Below, in pieces: positions 60,116 through 64,000 of a DNA stretch of 64,000 nucleotides. The first letter of the stretch is position 1. Every line of letters begins with the position of its first letter. The notes under the pieces are model-generated. The model did no database searches. It saw only the letters and a program-made list of their open reading frames with translations, and had not been told where the DNA came from. Both the position numbers and the translations under genes were made by a program. The DNA is from Candidatus Margulisiibacteriota bacterium (GTDB lineage: Bacteria > Margulisbacteria > Marinamargulisbacteria > JBFWNS01): the NCBI GenBank assembly GCA_050250935.1, contig JBFWNS010000004.1, forward strand, positions 1 to 64,000. Direction: 5' to 3'.

Positions 60116-60823
60116 TTACAGGGTCTGGAGAATCACCAACAGGCCTTTAAGGGTTAGGTCAAGGTCAAATTGGTCGATATCCAAGCGATTGGCCAGCACA
60201 TCCAACCCACTGCCAGCCCCCACCACCACAATGCCCGAAAACTGGGCCCGATAGGCGGCAATAAACCCATTAATCAGGTGAATATAACCTTGATACAACC
60301 CCACCTCCACCGCCTGTTGGGTGTTTTTGCCATACAACGGCTCTTGGGGCGACACCTGAATTTCAGGAATTTGGGCAGTAAACAGCGAGAGCGCTTTCGA
60401 GGCAATCCCCATGCCCGGAAAAATCGCCCCTCCCTCGTAAACCCCGTTGGCACGGACCAAACAAAAGGTAATGGCCGTCCCCGAATCCACCACCAAACAG
60501 TCGGTTTGTGTGGCCTTCCACGCAGCCAAAGCATTCACAATCCGATCCGCTCCCACCTGCTCTTTTGCAATTAAATTTAACGTCAATCCTGGCAAATTGG
60601 CAGCCGTCACAAACACCACGTTTGCGGCCGGTTTAAGGGTCTCAAAAAGCGGATTCATCGCGGGCACTACCGACGAAATCACCAGGGTTTTATACCCCGA
60701 AAAACCTGCAATCGCAGCAGGCAGTTCCGAAGTGGGTAAGCGCCGTTTGTTCAGCAGCTGCTGCCCATCGGTTTCGGCCATCACCGTTGTGGAATTGCCG
60801 ATGTCGATGAGTAAGCTAAGCAC
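60116..60823 (-). CDS. coaX: Type III pantothenate kinase
   Basis: IDIGNS, SSVVP, GADR, VDSGTAIT, GGAIFPG. Confidence 0.95.
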   Translation of the reverse strand: MLSLLIDIGNSTTVMAETDGQQLLNKRRLPTSELPAAIAGFSGYKTLVISSVVPAMNPLFETLKPAANVVFVTAANLPGLTLNLIAKEQVGADRIVNALAAWKATQTDCLVVDSGTAITFCLVRANGVYEGGAIFPGMGIASKALSLFTAQIPEIQVSPQEPLYGKNTQQAVEVGLYQGYIHLINGFIAAYRAQFSGIVVVGAGSGLDVLANRLDIDQFDLDLTLKGLLVILQTL

Positions 60824-61895
60824 TCAAAATAATCCCACCGCCCACCACGCGGTCTTTGGCATACAACACCCCCGATTGACCGGGAGAAATAAACTCTTGG
60901 GCATGATCCAGTTCCAAAGTTGCGGTGTCGCCTTCGATGCCCACAATGCGGCCTTGGCAGGGCGTCATTTGATAGCGGGTTTTCACATCAAACGTTTTGC
61001 CAATGATGGCTTCGCTGGCGTTCACCTGGGAAAAGCGGCGTAAAAACACGGTTTTCGAGGCCATGTCTCCACGTTTTCCCACCACAATGCTATTGTCGGC
61101 CGGATTAATTTTAAGCACAAACAAAGGCTCTGGGGCCGCAATCCCAAGCCCTTTGCGTTGACCAATGGTGTAGTGATAAATGCCCTTGTGCATGCCCAGC
61201 AACTTCCCGCTGGTATCCACAATGGGTCCAGGTTCAATCACCTCGCCATTTAAGCGGGATTCGATAAAATTTTTATAGGTATCTTTGGTGACAAAACAAA
61301 TTTCTTGGCTTTCGGCTTTTTTAGCCGTCACCAACTTAAAGTCTTCGGCCATTTTTCGGATTTCGCTTTTTAAAAATCCCCCCAACGGAAACAGGGTGTA
61401 TCTCAACTGTTCATCGGTGAGCATATACAAAAAATAAGACTGGTCTTTGGCTGGATCTTTGGCTTTTTTAAGATCAAACGATTTTGAAAACGGGTTGTAT
61501 CGGCGTTGAATGTAATGACCGGTGGCAATAAAATCGGCATCCAATTCCAAGGCTTTTTGACGCATTTCATCGAATTTGATGTACTTATTGCATTCCACAC
61601 AAGGATTCGGGGTATAGCCCGACACATACTGGGACACAAAATCGGAAATCACGTTTTTTTCGAAGGTTTCTCTGGCGTTCACGGTGTAATGCGGAATGCC
61701 CAAGCTATAGGCCACCCGCTTGGCATCGCCAATGGCATTGAGGTTGCAACAAGAACCATGGGTTTCATTTTCTTTGGGCAACAATTGCAGGGTAATACCA
61801 ATCACGTCGTAGCCTCGCTTTTTTAAAAGCGCTGCTGCCACCGACGAATCGACGCCCCCACTCATTCCCAAAACCACACGTTTTTTTGTTTTCAT
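60816..61895 (-). CDS. mnmA: tRNA 2-thiouridylase
   Basis: MSGGVDSS, TPNPCVECN, ATGHY, KDQSYFL, TIGQRKG. Confidence 0.97.
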   Translation of the reverse strand: MKTKKRVVLGMSGGVDSSVAAALLKKRGYDVIGITLQLLPKENETHGSCCNLNAIGDAKRVAYSLGIPHYTVNARETFEKNVISDFVSQYVSGYTPNPCVECNKYIKFDEMRQKALELDADFIATGHYIQRRYNPFSKSFDLKKAKDPAKDQSYFLYMLTDEQLRYTLFPLGGFLKSEIRKMAEDFKLVTAKKAESQEICFVTKDTYKNFIESRLNGEVIEPGPIVDTSGKLLGMHKGIYHYTIGQRKGLGIAAPEPLFVLKINPADNSIVVGKRGDMASKTVFLRRFSQVNASEAIIGKTFDVKTRYQMTPCQGRIVGIEGDTATLELDHAQEFISPGQSGVLYAKDRVVGGGIILSA

Positions 61896-61923
61896 GACAA
61901 CCCGGTTGAATCCAGAAGGCGAA

Positions 61924-62925
61924 TTATACCACCAACTGCTTCAAGCACGAAATCCACTCGGGGTTTTCATTCAAACAAGGAATCAAGGTAAACGATTCGC
62001 CGCCGTTTTCCAAAAAGAGCTCGCGGCCCCGATCGCCAATTTCTTCGATGGTTTCCAAACAATCCGAAACAAAGGCCGGACACATCACCAACAAGCGCTT
62101 TACACCGGCTTTGGCCAGCTTGGGAATCACCTCGTCGGTATAGGGCTGAAGCCAGGGATCTCGCCCCAAACGGGACTGAAACGACACAGACCATCGCCCA
62201 TCGGTGATGCCCGCTGCTTCCACAAACAACCGAGAGGTTTCGTACACCTGGTGCCGATAGCAGGTTTCGTGGGCAGGCGAGGGCTGGAAACAGCAATTGG
62301 TGGAAGACAAACAATGGGATTTGGTGGGATCGGATTTTTTAAGGTGACGCTCGGGCAACCCATGATAGCTGAACAACAAATGGTCGTAAGGTTCATCCAA
62401 AACAGGTTTTGCCGATGCAACCAAGGCCGAAATATAGTCGGGATGGCTGTAAAAAGGCGGCACAAAATCAACCTCGACAGGCCGCAACGATTTCAAACAC
62501 CGCTTTACTTCTTCAACCACGGTTTCGTAGCTGGACATGGCATAATGCGGATACAAGGGCACCACCCGAATATGCCCAATTTGAAGATCTTGCAGCAAGG
62601 CCGACAACCCCGCCTGAATCGAGGGATTGCCATAGCGCATAGCGATTTCAACCGGCGCTTCGACCTGGGCCTGGAGCAACGTTTGAACCTGTTTAGTAAG
62701 GCGAATTAAAGGGAACCCCTCGGGATGCCAAATGGATTGATAGGCCTTGGCGGTTTCTTTGGGACGGCTAGGCAAAATGGTTAAATAGACGATTAAAAAC
62801 CTCAGCAACCAAGGCACATCGATCACCCGGGCATCCATCAAAAACTGGGCCAGATACCGCCGCACATCGTGAACAGCCGGAGAATCGGGAGACCCTAAAT
62901 TGACCAACAAAATACCGTGTTTCAT
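61924..62925 (-). CDS. hemH: Ferrochelatase
   Basis: NLGSP, MRYGNP, PLYPHY, SYHGLP, FVSDCLETIEE. Confidence 0.96.
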   Translation of the reverse strand: MKHGILLVNLGSPDSPAVHDVRRYLAQFLMDARVIDVPWLLRFLIVYLTILPSRPKETAKAYQSIWHPEGFPLIRLTKQVQTLLQAQVEAPVEIAMRYGNPSIQAGLSALLQDLQIGHIRVVPLYPHYAMSSYETVVEEVKRCLKSLRPVEVDFVPPFYSHPDYISALVASAKPVLDEPYDHLLFSYHGLPERHLKKSDPTKSHCLSSTNCCFQPSPAHETCYRHQVYETSRLFVEAAGITDGRWSVSFQSRLGRDPWLQPYTDEVIPKLAKAGVKRLLVMCPAFVSDCLETIEEIGDRGRELFLENGGESFTLIPCLNENPEWISCLKQLVV

Positions 62926-62946
62926 ACTATGACCTGAAACAATACC

Positions 62947-63198
62947 ATGAACGACGACTTAAAAAAACAATGGCAGGCCGATGCCGAACAACTGAAAGCC
63001 GATTTGGACAACCGCCCCAAAGTGGTTCAAAAGCGGGAAGTGCCCATTCAATTTGGTGGGAAAGTGGGCGAAAAAGCCAAACCGGAAATCCCATCCAAAC
63101 CCGCAAAAAAAATCCTCACCGATTTTCGGTCCGACCTTTTTTTACGCGAAACCCTTCGCATCACCCCAATTCCCCCAACAGACGATTCTCTACTTTAA
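62947..63198 (+). CDS. Small hypothetical protein
   Basis: 83 aa ORF filling the gap between hemH and the deacetylase. Confidence 0.55.
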   Translation: MNDDLKKQWQADAEQLKADLDNRPKVVQKREVPIQFGGKVGEKAKPEIPSKPAKKILTDFRSDLFLRETLRITPIPPTDDSLL

Positions 63199-63912
63199 CC
63201 CGTTTAAAAAACCGTTGGCTATGGACCGGGTCATCATCACGCGGGGCAGGTCGAAGGCATCGGCATTTTTGGACAAGGGCAGCCTAACTTTGCCCGCCGC
63301 CAAGGAAAACCCATAGCGGTAGCCAGCTTCTTTTAAAGCAGCCTTTCCAGAATCAGAAACCACCCCGAACGGATACACATACACCGTCACCGGCTTCACC
63401 CCATGGGCTTCCAATTCTCGCTTAGAACGCAGCACCTCATCGTCAAACCGCTGGGGAAATTTTTCTTTAAAAGCATCGGTTAAATATTCATGAAAATAGC
63501 CATGAGAAACCAAGGTTTGTCCCCCCGCTTGCAAAGCCAAAACCTGGTCCCAAGTCAACGCAAACCGAACCCGATTGATAATACCCGGATACACCGCAAA
63601 CACCGCCTGAATGCCAGCAGGCTTCAAAACCTGCTCATAGGCCGAAAAAGCCGAGCGATTGCCATCATCAATCACAATCAAAATATTGCGGGTTCCAGTC
63701 ACTTGCCCCGCCACCATCTGGGGCCAGCTGACAAACTTAAACTGCTTTTGTTTTAAGAGATCCAGGTGCTGCTTGAATTCTTGGACCGAAAAATCGGTAT
63801 AAATTTTCGGTTTCCCCAAAAAGGTGTGATAGCATAAAACTTGGACTTCAGAACCCGCGGCCTGCAGCTTCGTTGCCATCATCAGCAGAATTAAAATCAG
63901 TATTTTTTTCAT
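63190..63912 (-). CDS. Secreted polysaccharide deacetylase (CE4/NodB)
   Basis: Signal peptide, VLCYH, IDDG, SHGYFH, YPFG, LPR. Confidence 0.9.
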   Translation of the reverse strand: MKKILILILLMMATKLQAAGSEVQVLCYHTFLGKPKIYTDFSVQEFKQHLDLLKQKQFKFVSWPQMVAGQVTGTRNILIVIDDGNRSAFSAYEQVLKPAGIQAVFAVYPGIINRVRFALTWDQVLALQAGGQTLVSHGYFHEYLTDAFKEKFPQRFDDEVLRSKRELEAHGVKPVTVYVYPFGVVSDSGKAALKEAGYRYGFSLAAGKVRLPLSKNADAFDLPRVMMTRSIANGFLNGLK

Positions 63913-64000
63913 GGTAATGGATAGCCTACGAAGTCCATAAACTTTTGGCAAACCCTCAAATAAAAACTTAGTCTATTGACAAACTAGTCTATTAAAGCGA

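Overview
Bacterial chromosomal segment, mostly housekeeping genes: menH/menB, metX/metW, priA, proS, hemE/hemN/hemH, icd, serC, pyk, uvrB, a UvrD helicase, a complete nuoA-N operon, pepF, mutS, queC, smpB, feoAB, coaX and mnmA. It also has a large serine recombinase next to tRNA-Glu and several toxin-antitoxin-type modules. Main signal: three dispersed, divergent genes (1989-2960, 43189-44235, 48809-49723) encode proteins with the three-repeat architecture of eukaryotic mitochondrial carriers (SLC25/MCF), each with an extra N-terminal leader. Two of them and an orphan gene share an identically spaced sigma28-like promoter motif, which suggests a co-regulated set of host- or organelle-targeted effectors (inference). 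Second signal: a covarying double-hairpin repeat in three copies, one apparently inserted in frame at the start of an antitoxin gene. Also seen: a candidate small structured RNA, an aldehyde dehydrogenase split by one in-frame TAA, and unannotated small ORFs. All assignments come from recognising motifs by eye; no searches were run, the organism is not identified, and several start codons are my estimates.
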